Source: a bacterium (GTDB lineage Bacteria; Patescibacteriota; Minisyncoccia; Phycocordibacterales; UBA6899). Taken from it: a stretch of 64,000 bases of DNA. The notes under the pieces are model-generated. The model was not told the DNA's origin. It saw nothing but the letters and a program-made list of their open reading frames with translations, and ran no database searches. The stretch is from assembly GCA_021851895.1 (NCBI GenBank), contig JAJZQJ010000002.1, forward strand, positions 5,046 to 69,045. The letters are read 5' to 3'. The position numbers and the translations under genes are program-made. This document shows, piece by piece, positions 45,196-55,617 of this stretch. Positions within the stretch are counted from its first letter, which is position 1. Each line of letters starts with the position of its first letter.

Positions 45196-45501
45196 ATGAA
45201 CCTACTTGAACTACAAGAATGGGTCAGGGCTGATTGGGAACAGCATTCACCTGTGAGGCCCGATCCACATATGCAGCTGCTTTACCTCTTTGAAGAGCTC
45301 GGTGAAATGGCCGAGGCGATCCGTCAGAGATCGGGGCAAAAAGAACATGCGACACACACGACTGATCTTGGAGAAGAGATGGGCGATGTGCTCGTCGCAC
45401 TTGCAACGGTTGCAAATAATTATCAGGTCGATCTTGAAGAGGCTTTCGAGAAGGCGAGGGCGAAGATCGAAGCACGACATAAGTTGGGCACTGAAGCATA
45501 A
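45196..45501 (+). CDS. MazG-like nucleotide pyrophosphohydrolase (single-domain)
   Basis: EELGEMAEA...EEMGDVL..LA motifs. ATG 45196 lies downstream of GCTATACT. Confidence 0.6.
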   Translation: MNLLELQEWVRADWEQHSPVRPDPHMQLLYLFEELGEMAEAIRQRSGQKEHATHTTDLGEEMGDVLVALATVANNYQVDLEEAFEKARAKIEARHKLGTEA

Positions 45502-45523
45502 AACCGGCATATGCCGGTTTTAA
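45500..45523. terminator. bidirectional terminator AAAACCGGCATATGCCGGTTTT
   Basis: Perfect palindrome between convergent genes. Confidence 0.6.
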
Positions 45524-46374
45524 TTTGGAAAGATATCGCGAAGCTCCGTTGAGTCGAAGAATGCCTTGCCAAGTTCACCATAGGTATAATCTCTTCCGCC
45601 GGTTGTGATGATGGCGCCACCCGGAGTTGGGTGATCATGAGGCGTAGAGTGTTTAAAACCGATGTTGAAGAGGGTGACGATCGTTCCAGGATCTTTTTCG
45701 ATATCGAATCCTGATCTTTTCCATTGCGCTGCGATCTCTTTTATGAAGAGTGCGGTATAGAGGTAGGAGTAACGGTGATTCTTTGGATCAGTCAGGCGAT
45801 CATAGAGCGTCTTGTCGTGGTCTTCTCCAGGCGCATAGGCGATAAGTGGCGCATATTCGGGGCCTGGATAGAAGGGGGAGGTGGGGTCGTTCGCATATTG
45901 TTCTATCTCGAGCGCAGTATCCTGTTTGATGCCCGAGACACCGAGGGAGAATTTTGATAGTGAACCAAGAATCTTGAGTGGCTCAAAATAGCGCTTGAAT
46001 ACCTCACGCTCCGCGGTGAAGAATCGGGTTTGCTCGGGTACGACGATCGCAGCAATGAGTCGTGGTGATACTCCTACGTCCTTCGCAGTGTCTTCAATGA
46101 TCTGCTTATCTTTCGTGAGCCCACCACTTACCACCTGCCATTCACGCGTTTCGTTCCAGTTGCAGATAGTTGCGCCATTTGTACATGATCGTTCATCCTG
46201 ACCAGTTCTCGTATTCGACGAGCTTGTCGCAAAGAAATCGTTTCGCGCGTTTATCGATCCTCGTACGTTAAAAATGCCGAACTGCATGCCGACGAAAACG
46301 AATGAAAATATAAAACCGATGAGTGCGAACATGAGTATGATCGCGATGCCGACAAGTCGAAGATTTTTTCGCAT
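45520..46374 (-). CDS. membrane-anchored hypothetical protein
   Basis: 284 aa from MRKNLRLVGIAIILMF.. The ATG lies 7 nt downstream of TTGCCC-17-TGCATAAT (leaderless pattern). The track's 103-aa N-terminal extension looks non-coding. Confidence 0.45.
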   Translation of the reverse strand: MRKNLRLVGIAIILMFALIGFIFSFVFVGMQFGIFNVRGSINARNDFFATSSSNTRTGQDERSCTNGATICNWNETREWQVVSGGLTKDKQIIEDTAKDVGVSPRLIAAIVVPEQTRFFTAEREVFKRYFEPLKILGSLSKFSLGVSGIKQDTALEIEQYANDPTSPFYPGPEYAPLIAYAPGEDHDKTLYDRLTDPKNHRYSYLYTALFIKEIAAQWKRSGFDIEKDPGTIVTLFNIGFKHSTPHDHPTPGGAIITTGGRDYTYGELGKAFFDSTELRDIFPN

Positions 46375-46470
46375 CGGAGTGATTATGCAATATTCGGTGA
46401 TTTTGGGCAAGCGAGACGTGCGGGTGTCGTCGTGTGCTATACTATTGTCATATAGGTAACATGAAATGAT

Positions 46471-46818
46471 ATGGAGCAGGGTAAAACACACATAGGGTTG
46501 GGCGTGCACGAAGGGAGTGTGCTCCACGGCAAAAGAGGGGTACTTCTTCTCGTCAGCTCGTTGTTCATACTCTCTTTGCTCCTTACGGTCATTGGCTTGT
46601 TGTTCTCTGGAGGTGGGATATGGGCACTCGTGTTCATCGTTCTTTGGCTCTTGTTTCTGGTGTACCTTTTTCGATTCTCTCAAGGATATTTCGGTCTATG
46701 GAAGATCTCGCTTGTTTTTTTGGTGTATGTCATATTGCTTTCGTTTTTGTTTTTCTCTGCACTTTCACACAATACTCCGGCGGGTGGCGTGCAAGTATCA
46801 TCGGCCACTCGACCTTGA
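46471..46818 (+). CDS. small hypothetical membrane protein
   Basis: 115 aa, very hydrophobic. Weak support. Confidence 0.3.
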   Translation: MEQGKTHIGLGVHEGSVLHGKRGVLLLVSSLFILSLLLTVIGLLFSGGGIWALVFIVLWLLFLVYLFRFSQGYFGLWKISLVFLVYVILLSFLFFSALSHNTPAGGVQVSSATRP

Positions 46819-46879
46819 GTGCTGGTTGATAAAATATGATTTTCGAGTAATCTGGTGAAAGCTCGTTCTTGGAGATTCT

Positions 46880-47425
46880 ATGTACTTCGTCATTGGTTCA
46901 ACGAACCCTTCGAAGATCTGCGCACTGACCGAAGTTCTTGTTGAGTACGATGAATTCAAGCATGCCTCACTGAGCTCCGTGAAGACGGCGTCAGGTGTCT
47001 CGGAGCAGCCCATGTCGCTCGAAGAGATTTGCCTTGGTGCGAGGAATAGGGCGTATGAAGCTTTTCATTCAAGGGCGGGCGCCGCTGATTACGGGGTCGG
47101 CTTAGAGAGCGGTCTCATCTTGGTGCCTGGGACAAAGACGGGCATGATGGCCACCTCGGCATGCATGATCTATGACGGGGTAGTGTTTGCTCCCGGTCTT
47201 TCTTCTGCCTTCGAATGTCCGGCAAAGGTCATTAGGCTCGTTAAGGAAGGCGGCTTAGATCTCAATCGCGCTTTCCACGATGCGGGATTGAGCAATAATC
47301 TCAAACTTGGAAACGAAGGTGGGGCGATCGGAGAGCTCTCTAAGGGGCATGTGAGTCGTTCGCAGTACATGATGCAAGCGATCCGTATGGCGCTCATTCA
47401 TCTGCAGAATCCCGAATTGTATTGA
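46880..47425 (+). CDS. inosine/xanthosine triphosphatase (YjjX family, non-canonical purine NTPase)
   Basis: N-terminal VIGSTNPSK and overall YjjX-like sequence. Confidence 0.7.
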   Translation: MYFVIGSTNPSKICALTEVLVEYDEFKHASLSSVKTASGVSEQPMSLEEICLGARNRAYEAFHSRAGAADYGVGLESGLILVPGTKTGMMATSACMIYDGVVFAPGLSSAFECPAKVIRLVKEGGLDLNRAFHDAGLSNNLKLGNEGGAIGELSKGHVSRSQYMMQAIRMALIHLQNPELY

Positions 47426-47477
47426 CCCAAGCGGCCGCTTGAAGGCCGCTTTTCAATTGCATGGTATAATATTCTAT

Positions 47478-47873
47478 ATGAAAGGATATGTAACCAACAT
47501 CGAAGAGCTCACTCGAGAGAACGAGGATTTTCGTCGAGTACTCTATACGAGTCATAATGGACAGCTCGTCCTCATGACGCTGCCTCGTGGTGTGGAGATC
47601 GGCGAGGAGATCCATGATGAGTCGGATCAGTTCTTCCGCATCGAAGAGGGAGAGGGTAAGGTTATCATCAATGATACTCCTCACGACATAAGTGATGGAA
47701 GTGTTGTCATCGTGCCAAAGGGTGCGAAACATAATGTCATCAATACAGGAGTAGGACCACTTCGTCTCTATTCGCTCTATATGCCACCACATCATCGCGA
47801 TGGTGTCGTGCATCACAGCAAGGCTGCTGCGGAAGAAGACGAAGAGCATTTCGATGGGGTGATCTCAGAGTAA
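47478..47873 (+). CDS. cupin domain protein
   Basis: Two-motif cupin core (G(X)5HxH-like EIGEEIHDESDQFF ... VIVPKGAKHNVINTG). ATG lies 7 nt after TGGTATAAT. Confidence 0.6.
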   Translation: MKGYVTNIEELTRENEDFRRVLYTSHNGQLVLMTLPRGVEIGEEIHDESDQFFRIEEGEGKVIINDTPHDISDGSVVIVPKGAKHNVINTGVGPLRLYSLYMPPHHRDGVVHHSKAAAEEDEEHFDGVISE

Positions 47874-47904
47874 TCGATGCGGCCACTGGCCGCATCAACT
47901 GTTT

Positions 47905-48429
47905 ATGCAAAGAAAAAAGCTCGTTCATGTGCACGATAAGATGCAGTCTTCGTATGTATATCATCTGACTGCGGGGGTGGGTAGGGGATTTGCAGAAGAT
48001 TTTCGACCCGATCTTACTCCAAGGGAGATGCTCGCTCTTGGCGTTTTTGGTGGCCGCTATATGCGTGACTGTAAAGACGAGTTCCCAAAAAGTTGGTTCG
48101 CTCGTGCGCGCTTCCATGAGGAGGGAGTTCCCGGCCATGACTCGAAGCTTAATTATTTCGGTATCGATGCAAGCCAGCCGCTTCGCGAATGGAGAAAGAA
48201 AGGTTGGATCGATGAAGCGCATGACCCACGTGGTTGGTTCCAGTGGTATTGTCGCTATTACATGGGGAGGCGTTTACCGGATATCGATGAACGACAAATA
48301 AAGCGTTGGAAAGCAATGCGACGTCATATCGCGCAAATCGCTCGTCATTGCACGCAGGGCGACCTCGCTTGCCACAAGAAACAGCGACAGGCATTGCTCC
48401 ATTGGGCGTACGATAGCCGAAAGTTCTAG
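47905..48429 (+). CDS. hypothetical protein
   Basis: 174 aa, basic and W-rich. No motif recognized. Confidence 0.4.
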   Translation: MQRKKLVHVHDKMQSSYVYHLTAGVGRGFAEDFRPDLTPREMLALGVFGGRYMRDCKDEFPKSWFARARFHEEGVPGHDSKLNYFGIDASQPLREWRKKGWIDEAHDPRGWFQWYCRYYMGRRLPDIDERQIKRWKAMRRHIAQIARHCTQGDLACHKKQRQALLHWAYDSRKF

Positions 48430-48506
48430 TCGGACTCTTTACTGTACGTGAAAAATGTGCTATCGTGCATTTACGATAAACCCGCAAGGGCTTTTCTTTT
48501 TCTTAT

Positions 48507-49961
48507 ATGGCAACGAACGAAGTCGTTTTACGTTTTGATGAAGTCAATTTTGAATATGCCCACAATAAGCCCATTTTAAGTGAGGTTTCTTTTTCGGTGC
48601 GTAAGGGATCGAAGATAACGCTCATGGGGCAGAATGGTGGTGGAAAAAGTACGATCTTTGGTTTGATCACTGGACGTTTGAAACCCGAGGATGGCGATAT
48701 TCATATCGGTAGGGGGATGTCCGTTGCTATCGCACGTCAGGTCATACCACGTGACGAGCTCGAGCTCACCGTGCGTGAGTTCTTTGAGCGCTGCTTCGCA
48801 CAGAAGGTCTATGCCATCGACCCAAAGATCGATGCGGTGTTGGAGGTGGTCAATCTTCATGCACCTCTCGATCGAAAGATCAGTGCACTTTCTGGAGGAC
48901 AGCAAGCGCGCCTGCTGCTCGCTTCAGCGCTCATACAGGATCCAGATATCTTGCTTCTTGATGAGCCAACGAATAACCTCGATCACGCAGGTATCGAACA
49001 TCTCACACAGTTCCTGAAGGATTTCAAGAAGACATTGATCGTCATTTCGCATGATGCTGATTTTCTTAACGCGTTTTCTGACGGCGTTCTCTACCTTGAT
49101 ATCTATACGCGAAAGATAGAGCAGTATGTAGGAAACTATCACAATGTAGTTCGCGATATCGCAGCCCGTGTCGAGAAAGAGAACATGGCGAATGCGCGTC
49201 TTGCGAAGAAGATATCAGAGAACAAGGAGAAGGTGAATTTTTTTGCGCAGAAGGGTGGTAACATGCGTAAACTCGCAGCACGCATGCGCGAAGATATCGA
49301 GGAGATGGAAGATGAAAAGGTTGAGGTTCGAAAGGAGGACCGCACCATAAGGAAGTTCGTCATTCCTGCTCAAGAAGATCTTTCCGGTCCGCTGCTCACC
49401 ATCTCATCGTTTACGATGATGAAGCATCATAAAGTCGTGCAAAGGACGGCAAACATCATATTGAAGAAAGGGCAGCATCTTCAGCTCGTCGGGCCAAATG
49501 GAATCGGAAAGACGACATTACTCGAAACGATCGCAAGTGGACGATCCGAGGGTGCGCGTTTTGCAGACGGTGTGCGCATCGGATATTACCGACAAGACTT
49601 CTCTACACTCAGTCCTGATGAGACTGTCTATAAGGCTCTCGAGCGAGCGTTCGTTGGGAGGCCGATCGATGAGGAATTGCGACGCGTTGCAGGTGGTCTG
49701 TTGCTTTCAGGGGCCATCATGGAAACAAAGATCCGCTCATTGTCAGAGGGCCAGAAGGCACTCGTCTGTTTCGCACAGCTCATATTGCAGAAACCCGGAG
49801 TACTTATTGTTGATGAGCCGACGAACCACGTGAATTTTCGTCATATTCCAGTCATTGCCGCTGCGCTGAGTGAATATAAGGGTGCGCTCGTACTCGTATC
49901 ACATGTACGTTCATTCGTGGAACAAATCAGAATCGATGAGGTATTCGACCTCGATAAGTGA
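48507..49961 (+). CDS. ABC-F family ATPase (two tandem ABC domains, no TMD)
   Basis: Walker A GQNGGGKST and GPNGIGKTT. Signature LSGGQQARL and LSEGQKALV. Confidence 0.85.
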   Translation: MATNEVVLRFDEVNFEYAHNKPILSEVSFSVRKGSKITLMGQNGGGKSTIFGLITGRLKPEDGDIHIGRGMSVAIARQVIPRDELELTVREFFERCFAQKVYAIDPKIDAVLEVVNLHAPLDRKISALSGGQQARLLLASALIQDPDILLLDEPTNNLDHAGIEHLTQFLKDFKKTLIVISHDADFLNAFSDGVLYLDIYTRKIEQYVGNYHNVVRDIAARVEKENMANARLAKKISENKEKVNFFAQKGGNMRKLAARMREDIEEMEDEKVEVRKEDRTIRKFVIPAQEDLSGPLLTISSFTMMKHHKVVQRTANIILKKGQHLQLVGPNGIGKTTLLETIASGRSEGARFADGVRIGYYRQDFSTLSPDETVYKALERAFVGRPIDEELRRVAGGLLLSGAIMETKIRSLSEGQKALVCFAQLILQKPGVLIVDEPTNHVNFRHIPVIAAALSEYKGALVLVSHVRSFVEQIRIDEVFDLDK

Positions 49962-50054
49962 AACCGCGCCGCTAAGGGGCGGTTTTCTCTTAGATTGCAT
50001 CCTCGGCGTGGTATCATTAGGATGTTCAGCATTTGCTGTATAGACGAATACAAC

Positions 50055-52697
50055 ATGAAAATCCATTATTTCGATGAAATCCGGTCATTTATATTCCGTA
50101 CGCATGTTGCAGGAGTGAAGCCGAAGGAGCATATTTTGACTACACTTACCGAGGCCGCAGAACGGTCTGCTGGGGTCATCATGAAAGAACTCGCTACAAG
50201 TGAGCGGGGGCTTACAAGCAAAGAGTTCCGATCGGCCTTTAAGGGGTTTGGCCCGAATATCATCGTTCGAGAAAAACGTAAGGCATGGCCGATACGACTT
50301 TTTAAGATCATGCTCAATCCGCTCGTGCTCCTACTCCTTGTGTTGGGTGGTGTCTCTTTTTTCACCTCAGACATTGCGACGGGTACGATCATCTTTGCGA
50401 TGGTTTTCATCAGCGTGTCCATTCGTTTCGTTCAGGAGAATCAAGCCTATAGCTCCGCGCAGGCGTTGCGCAAGATGGTGCATACGACATGCTCGGTGAT
50501 CAGAGATGGTGTACAGAAGGAGATCAATATCGATCACGTCGTTCCCGGAGATATTGTGCAGCTCAATGCGGGTGATATCGTCCCCGCTGACTCGAGGATC
50601 ATTTCTAGTAAGGACTTGTTCGTGAATCAGTCGCTCCTTACTGGTGAGGCACTTCCCGTTGAAAAACATGCGACATTGCCGGAAGGGTTCAAGGCAGAGA
50701 GTCCGCTTGAGTATCAGAATATCTGTCTTATGGGTTCAAATGTCGAGAGTGGCACCGCGCTCGTTGTTGTCATTTCGACTGGTAGTGCCACGTTCTTCGG
50801 TAGCCTCGCAAAGGACATCGTCGGCGAGAGAGAGATAACGAGTTTCGATAAGGGCATCAATAGATTCACTTGGCTCATGATGGGATTCATGGGGATCATG
50901 GTTCCCGTTGTATTCCTCATTAATGGTCTGGATAAACATGATTGGGGAGAGGCGTTCCTCTTTGCGGTCTCTGTGGCTGTCGGGTTGACCCCCGAGATGC
51001 TTCCTGCGCTTGTTACCGTCAATCTTAGTAAGGGGGCGATCGCCATGGCAAAAAAGAAGGTTATCGTAAAGCACTTAAGTTCCATCCAGAATTTTGGCGC
51101 GATGAATGTACTCTGCTCGGATAAAACAGGTACGCTGACGCGCAATGAGGTCGTCCTCATAAAGAATATCGATATCGACGGTAAGGCAAACGATGCGGTG
51201 TTGCGTTCGGCGTTTCTCAATAGCTTTTATCAGACGGGTTTCAAGAACCTGCTCGATGGAGCGGTCTTGAAGCATGGAAAGGATAAGGAAATCGAGCATC
51301 TTAAGGATGAATACAAGAAGGTCGACGAGCTACCGTTTGATTTCGTTCGCCGCAGAGTGTCGCTGATAGTGGAAAATGGTCAGCATCGTCAGTTCCTCTA
51401 TTGTAAGGGCGCATCTGAGGAGGTTGTTGGTCTCTGTAATAAATATGCCCTTGATGGTGAGATCAAAGATCTCGATCCCTCGAGTACCGCAAAGATCTGG
51501 GAGCTTGAACGTTCATTGAGTAGTGAGGGCTATCAGGTGCTTGCTGTTGCAGAACGCGAAATCGATACTCCGAAAGTGAGCTACACGAAGGAAGATGAGC
51601 ATGATCTCGTTTTGCTCGGCTTCATGGCGTTTCTCGATCCCGCAAAGGAATCCGCAACTGAAGCGATCGAGCAGCTGACGAAATACGGTGTATCTGTGAA
51701 AATTCTCACTGGAGATAATGAGCTCGTCACGAAGAAGATCTGTCATGATGTGGGGCTCGATGAGCATGCGGGTGTTTTGCTCGGCGGTGATATCGAAAAG
51801 ATGAATGATAACGAGCTCGATGCGGTAGTCATGCAGACGACGATCTTTGCAAAACTTTTACCAGACCATAAGCGTCGCGTCGTAAAATCTCTGCAGCGCA
51901 ATGACTGCGTCGTTGGTTTCATGGGGGATGGCATCAACGATGCACCGGCGCTCCGTACTGCGGATGTGGGAATCTCTGTCGATACTGCAGTCGACATCTC
52001 TAAGGAATCTGCAGATATCATCCTCTTGGAGATGAGCCTCTCGGTGCTCGGTGACGGTGTCGTCGAAGGTCGTAAGGTCTTCGGTAACATCATGAAATAC
52101 ATTAAAATGGGTGCGAGCTCGAATTTCGGAAACATGTTCAGTGTGCTCGGTGCAAGTATTCTACTCCCATTCTTGCCGATGACGCCCGTGCAGATCATCA
52201 CAAATAATCTCCTCTATGATTTCTCTCAGACGACGATTCCGACAGATAACGTCGATGATGAGTATGTGGAAAAACCAAGGAAGTGGCATATCAGCGATGT
52301 GGGGAGATATATGTTGTTCATCGGGCCGATCAGTTCGCTGTTCGATTATATGACCTTTGCGATCATGTGGTTCGTGTTCCACGCACAGTCTGCTCCGTCA
52401 CTCTTGCAGACAGGTTGGTTCGTTGAATCATTGGTTACGCAAACACTTATTGTGCATGTCATACGCAGTAGGAAGATCCCGTTCTTCCAGACATGGCCAA
52501 GTCGTCCTTTGTTCATATCGACACTTCTCGTCATTTTGAGTGGTATCGTACTGACATTCTCTCCGATCGCACCGCACCTCGGGATGCAGCGTTTGCCTAT
52601 GCTCTATTGGCCGATCTTGTTTGGTATGATGGTTTCGTATATGTTGCTTACACAGCTTGTAAAGACGTGGTACATTCGAAAATTCGGATACAATTAA
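50055..52697 (+). CDS. mgtA: magnesium-translocating P-type ATPase
   Basis: DKTGTLT phosphorylation motif, TGES, GDGINDAPAL, VAVGLTPEMLPALVT. Collinear with MgtA family sequences throughout. Confidence 0.9.
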   Translation: MKIHYFDEIRSFIFRTHVAGVKPKEHILTTLTEAAERSAGVIMKELATSERGLTSKEFRSAFKGFGPNIIVREKRKAWPIRLFKIMLNPLVLLLLVLGGVSFFTSDIATGTIIFAMVFISVSIRFVQENQAYSSAQALRKMVHTTCSVIRDGVQKEINIDHVVPGDIVQLNAGDIVPADSRIISSKDLFVNQSLLTGEALPVEKHATLPEGFKAESPLEYQNICLMGSNVESGTALVVVISTGSATFFGSLAKDIVGEREITSFDKGINRFTWLMMGFMGIMVPVVFLINGLDKHDWGEAFLFAVSVAVGLTPEMLPALVTVNLSKGAIAMAKKKVIVKHLSSIQNFGAMNVLCSDKTGTLTRNEVVLIKNIDIDGKANDAVLRSAFLNSFYQTGFKNLLDGAVLKHGKDKEIEHLKDEYKKVDELPFDFVRRRVSLIVENGQHRQFLYCKGASEEVVGLCNKYALDGEIKDLDPSSTAKIWELERSLSSEGYQVLAVAEREIDTPKVSYTKEDEHDLVLLGFMAFLDPAKESATEAIEQLTKYGVSVKILTGDNELVTKKICHDVGLDEHAGVLLGGDIEKMNDNELDAVVMQTTIFAKLLPDHKRRVVKSLQRNDCVVGFMGDGINDAPALRTADVGISVDTAVDISKESADIILLEMSLSVLGDGVVEGRKVFGNIMKYIKMGASSNFGNMFSVLGASILLPFLPMTPVQIITNNLLYDFSQTTIPTDNVDDEYVEKPRKWHISDVGRYMLFIGPISSLFDYMTFAIMWFVFHAQSAPSLLQTGWFVESLVTQTLIVHVIRSRKIPFFQTWPSRPLFISTLLVILSGIVLTFSPIAPHLGMQRLPMLYWPILFGMMVSYMLLTQLVKTWYIRKFGYN

Positions 52698-52716
52698 AAA
52701 ACCGCAATGCGGTTTT

Positions 52717-54843
52717 TTAATTTCTCGTATTCTCAAGGGGGAGGGCGACGCGCACAGTCGTTCCTTTTTCATTAAGGCTCGTGATCACCATTGTTCCGCC
52801 ATGTTGCTTTATGGTTCCTTGTGCAATCGCAAGTCCGAGACCGAGGCCTTGTTCGACGTCCTCTTCGTGATGTGCATTGAAGAGCGGCGTGCCAATACGG
52901 TCGATCATCGTGCCAGGGATACCAATACCGGTATCGCGCACGACGAAGATCGCTTGTTCATTATTTGCCGAGAGTGAGATGAATATTTCCTTCGGACCGT
53001 CTTCACTGAGATAGCGAAAAGCATTCTCAATGATCTGTGCAAGAGCATTATGAACGCTCATGCTGTTGCCGTTACAGCGTACATTTTCGGCAATATCATA
53101 ACGGAGGGAAACGCCATTCTTATTCGCGATATCCTGTGCGCCATCGATCAATCCATGCACAATTGCACTGAGCTCAAAAGTCCGACTTGGGGTAAATGGA
53201 GCACTCTTTGCTCTTGTGAATGTAAGCAATCCTTTGGCGATCTCCTCGATTCTGTTCGTTAATTGCAATGCGTCCTCGAAAATAACATGTGTTTCACTGT
53301 TGGTTTCGTGTGGCTGCTCGAGCGCTTCACGGAGAGACTCCGCAGCATTCATCACCTTAAGGGCAAGTCCATAGAGCACATCGCGCTCCTCTTCTTGCGT
53401 GTGTCGTATCGCAAGGGTTCTCCTCGCGACTTCTTCTTCGAGTGCCTTCGTAACCTCATTAGCATGATCGATGATCGATGCGCGTATCAGAAGAGGAGAC
53501 AGAATGCGTGCTGCCGTTGCGAGCATGAGTGCGTCACGCTTTGTGTATCCTCCTCCATCGGTCTTCTTTCCGAGCGCGAGGATACCGATGACGTGTTGAT
53601 GGTGGGTGATCGGCACGATGACTTGCGCATCAAGCGCTCGCGCGAGCGCGCTCACCGCCAAGCGATGCGGATCACTTTCGTTCGGCATCGTGATCGAGAG
53701 TCCATCGATGATATATGTTGCGGGTGGATTGACGGTACAGGTTCGTATGTCCGCTATCTTTGCGACATGCGCCGCAATATCTGGTGAGATCTTCTCTGCG
53801 AGTATGATCCTAGTGAATGATGAGCGGAGTGATTCTTCGAAGATGTTGCCGAGTATGGTTGTGATCTCGTCGACTGAGGTGGTATGGGCGAGCGCTTCTA
53901 CGAGCCCTCTGGTTGCACCGATCACTTCGACATTGCGCCTGTCTTTCTGGAGAAGTATGGATTCACCAAAGACTCGTATGGATGGCCCTAAGACGAAGAT
54001 GGTGATCGCGGTCGCCGTCGCAGCAATGATATGGTTGACGATCGACTCAGCGCTACCGAGCGCAAGGAGGAGTGATATGCTTGAGAATATGACGATCGTC
54101 GCAGCCGCGAGTGAAAGTCGTCCCGTGATGATGCCGAAGATGTTTCGTGAATCGACATAGTGCTCGCGCGAAGTGATCCAGACGATGATCGTAGCGAGCA
54201 TCATGGAGAATGCTGGTCCGACGCTATTCAAGTAGGGAAAATCGAGAAAATTAGGGAGAAAGACGTTCGTGATGAAACTACCGCCAAAGGTGATGAGTGA
54301 TGCCGTCGCTATCCAGTGTAGTCGCTGTCTTGTCTGGATGTTCTGCTCATGGACTTTTTTAAAATAGAGGATGGCCGTAGGTATGATGCCTGCGAGCAGT
54401 GCATAGAGTGAAAACCACGAGAGCGCTCCATTGCGAATGAGCGAGAGATAACCATGGCTATCTATCACAAGACCATTAATGAATAGCCTCGGAATGAGCG
54501 ATGCGATGCCAACGATGACTCCGGGGATGAGGAAGAAGAAGTAGTGCTTTTTGTAGTGCTCCTCTGGATAAACGAGCGCAAACCATGCAAAGCCAGTGAG
54601 GGCGACTATTGTAGAGAAGAATGCAAAGTGTGCAGCGGGGAGAAAAGCACTGAGGAGTAGAGTGAGGATACTGCCCGTCCAGCCGAAGAGTCCGATGAGC
54701 ATAAAAGCCAGTCCGTAATCTGATGGTCTATTTCGTGAATTACGATAGAGCGCGACAAGGCCCCAAATGTTCACTACGAGCGTTAGTAGGAGGATCGCCT
54801 TTTGTCCGGCGAGGAAGGTGGAGATTGTTTCAGAGGTAAGCAT
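52717..54843 (-). CDS. multi-TM sensor histidine kinase (about 8 TM N-domain, GAF-like, HisKA, HATPase_c)
   Basis: HATPase N box ENAFRYL, G1 DTGIGIPG and G2 GLGLGLAIAQG. A polytopic N-terminal sensor domain. Confidence 0.75.
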   Translation of the reverse strand: MLTSETISTFLAGQKAILLLTLVVNIWGLVALYRNSRNRPSDYGLAFMLIGLFGWTGSILTLLLSAFLPAAHFAFFSTIVALTGFAWFALVYPEEHYKKHYFFFLIPGVIVGIASLIPRLFINGLVIDSHGYLSLIRNGALSWFSLYALLAGIIPTAILYFKKVHEQNIQTRQRLHWIATASLITFGGSFITNVFLPNFLDFPYLNSVGPAFSMMLATIIVWITSREHYVDSRNIFGIITGRLSLAAATIVIFSSISLLLALGSAESIVNHIIAATATAITIFVLGPSIRVFGESILLQKDRRNVEVIGATRGLVEALAHTTSVDEITTILGNIFEESLRSSFTRIILAEKISPDIAAHVAKIADIRTCTVNPPATYIIDGLSITMPNESDPHRLAVSALARALDAQVIVPITHHQHVIGILALGKKTDGGGYTKRDALMLATAARILSPLLIRASIIDHANEVTKALEEEVARRTLAIRHTQEEERDVLYGLALKVMNAAESLREALEQPHETNSETHVIFEDALQLTNRIEEIAKGLLTFTRAKSAPFTPSRTFELSAIVHGLIDGAQDIANKNGVSLRYDIAENVRCNGNSMSVHNALAQIIENAFRYLSEDGPKEIFISLSANNEQAIFVVRDTGIGIPGTMIDRIGTPLFNAHHEEDVEQGLGLGLAIAQGTIKQHGGTMVITSLNEKGTTVRVALPLENTRN

Positions 54844-54966
54844 GACTTTTCCTTACTTACTATAATGTCATATTAATGCTTATGGTCAATACCAATACCC
54901 ACCGAAATGTAAGCAGTTCATGAAGATGATAAATAAAAACCCGTCGTCTTGCGACGGGTATGACAT

Positions 54967-55617
54967 TTAAGAGCCGATAAGTGCGCAACAGGCCTCAATG
55001 GATTCATGGAGGCTGATGCCGAGGGTCAGTAAAAGGCTCGTCATGATCTCGTCTTTCACTCGCTGTGCAGGAGCTGTTGGGACCGTGTACGCGTTCCGTC
55101 CGACGCTGAAATAGCGCTCAAGTTTCGCGCGGAATTCAGGTTCGATGTGCTCAGGTGTCACACGGCCGAAGTTGGTGAAGGGCACTCCGAAGAGTTTCGA
55201 GAAACGGGGGAGAAGTCGATCCCCGATAAAAACAAGATGCTCGATATCATGGAAGTTTGCTATAAGCGTTGCGGTAATAAGTATGACCGCGGCGAGTTGT
55301 CCTGTTTGTTTTGCAAGTATTGGCGGCGCCTCGATCGCGAGCGCACCAAGCTCTGCAATGCGCTCGCGCGTATCCTTTGGTTCGATGTTTTGGAGTATTG
55401 GATACTCGAAAAAGCGCTCAAAGAAGAGCGGCTGGTGGGTTGTTGCATTGAAGAGGCCGACGCAGGCTATGGGTTTGTCTTCAAGGAAGATCGCTGCGAA
55501 TGCGTCCGGATTCGCGGGGTTAATAACTTCGAGGCGCTTGGTGTAGACGCTGCTCGCGAAGGCGCGCACGTCGGGGAAGAGGGGGTCATCGGGAAAGACC
55601 GCGTGGAGGGTGAGCAT
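54967..55617 (-). CDS. hypothetical protein, possibly GNAT-fold N-acyltransferase (LuxI/N-acyl amino acid synthase-like); weak
   Basis: 216 aa. Segment RIAELGALAIE resembles the E-x-S-R-F-A-V core of acyl-transferases in that fold. Low certainty. Confidence 0.3.
   Translation of the reverse strand: MLTLHAVFPDDPLFPDVRAFASSVYTKRLEVINPANPDAFAAIFLEDKPIACVGLFNATTHQPLFFERFFEYPILQNIEPKDTRERIAELGALAIEAPPILAKQTGQLAAVILITATLIANFHDIEHLVFIGDRLLPRFSKLFGVPFTNFGRVTPEHIEPEFRAKLERYFSVGRNAYTVPTAPAQRVKDEIMTSLLLTLGISLHESIEACCALIGS

Noticed and set aside
45520-46683. full 387-aa extent of the minus-strand ORF
   Set aside because: The first 103 codons are low-complexity (E/K/Q/R-rich) and contain a promoter-like TTGCCC-17-TGCATAAT immediately upstream of Met104. 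The gene most likely starts at 46374.
49962-50054. Mg2+ riboswitch (M-box) or mgtL-type leader upstream of mgtA
   Set aside because: The intergenic space (about 90 nt) is too short for an M-box, and no conserved M-box elements were recognised.
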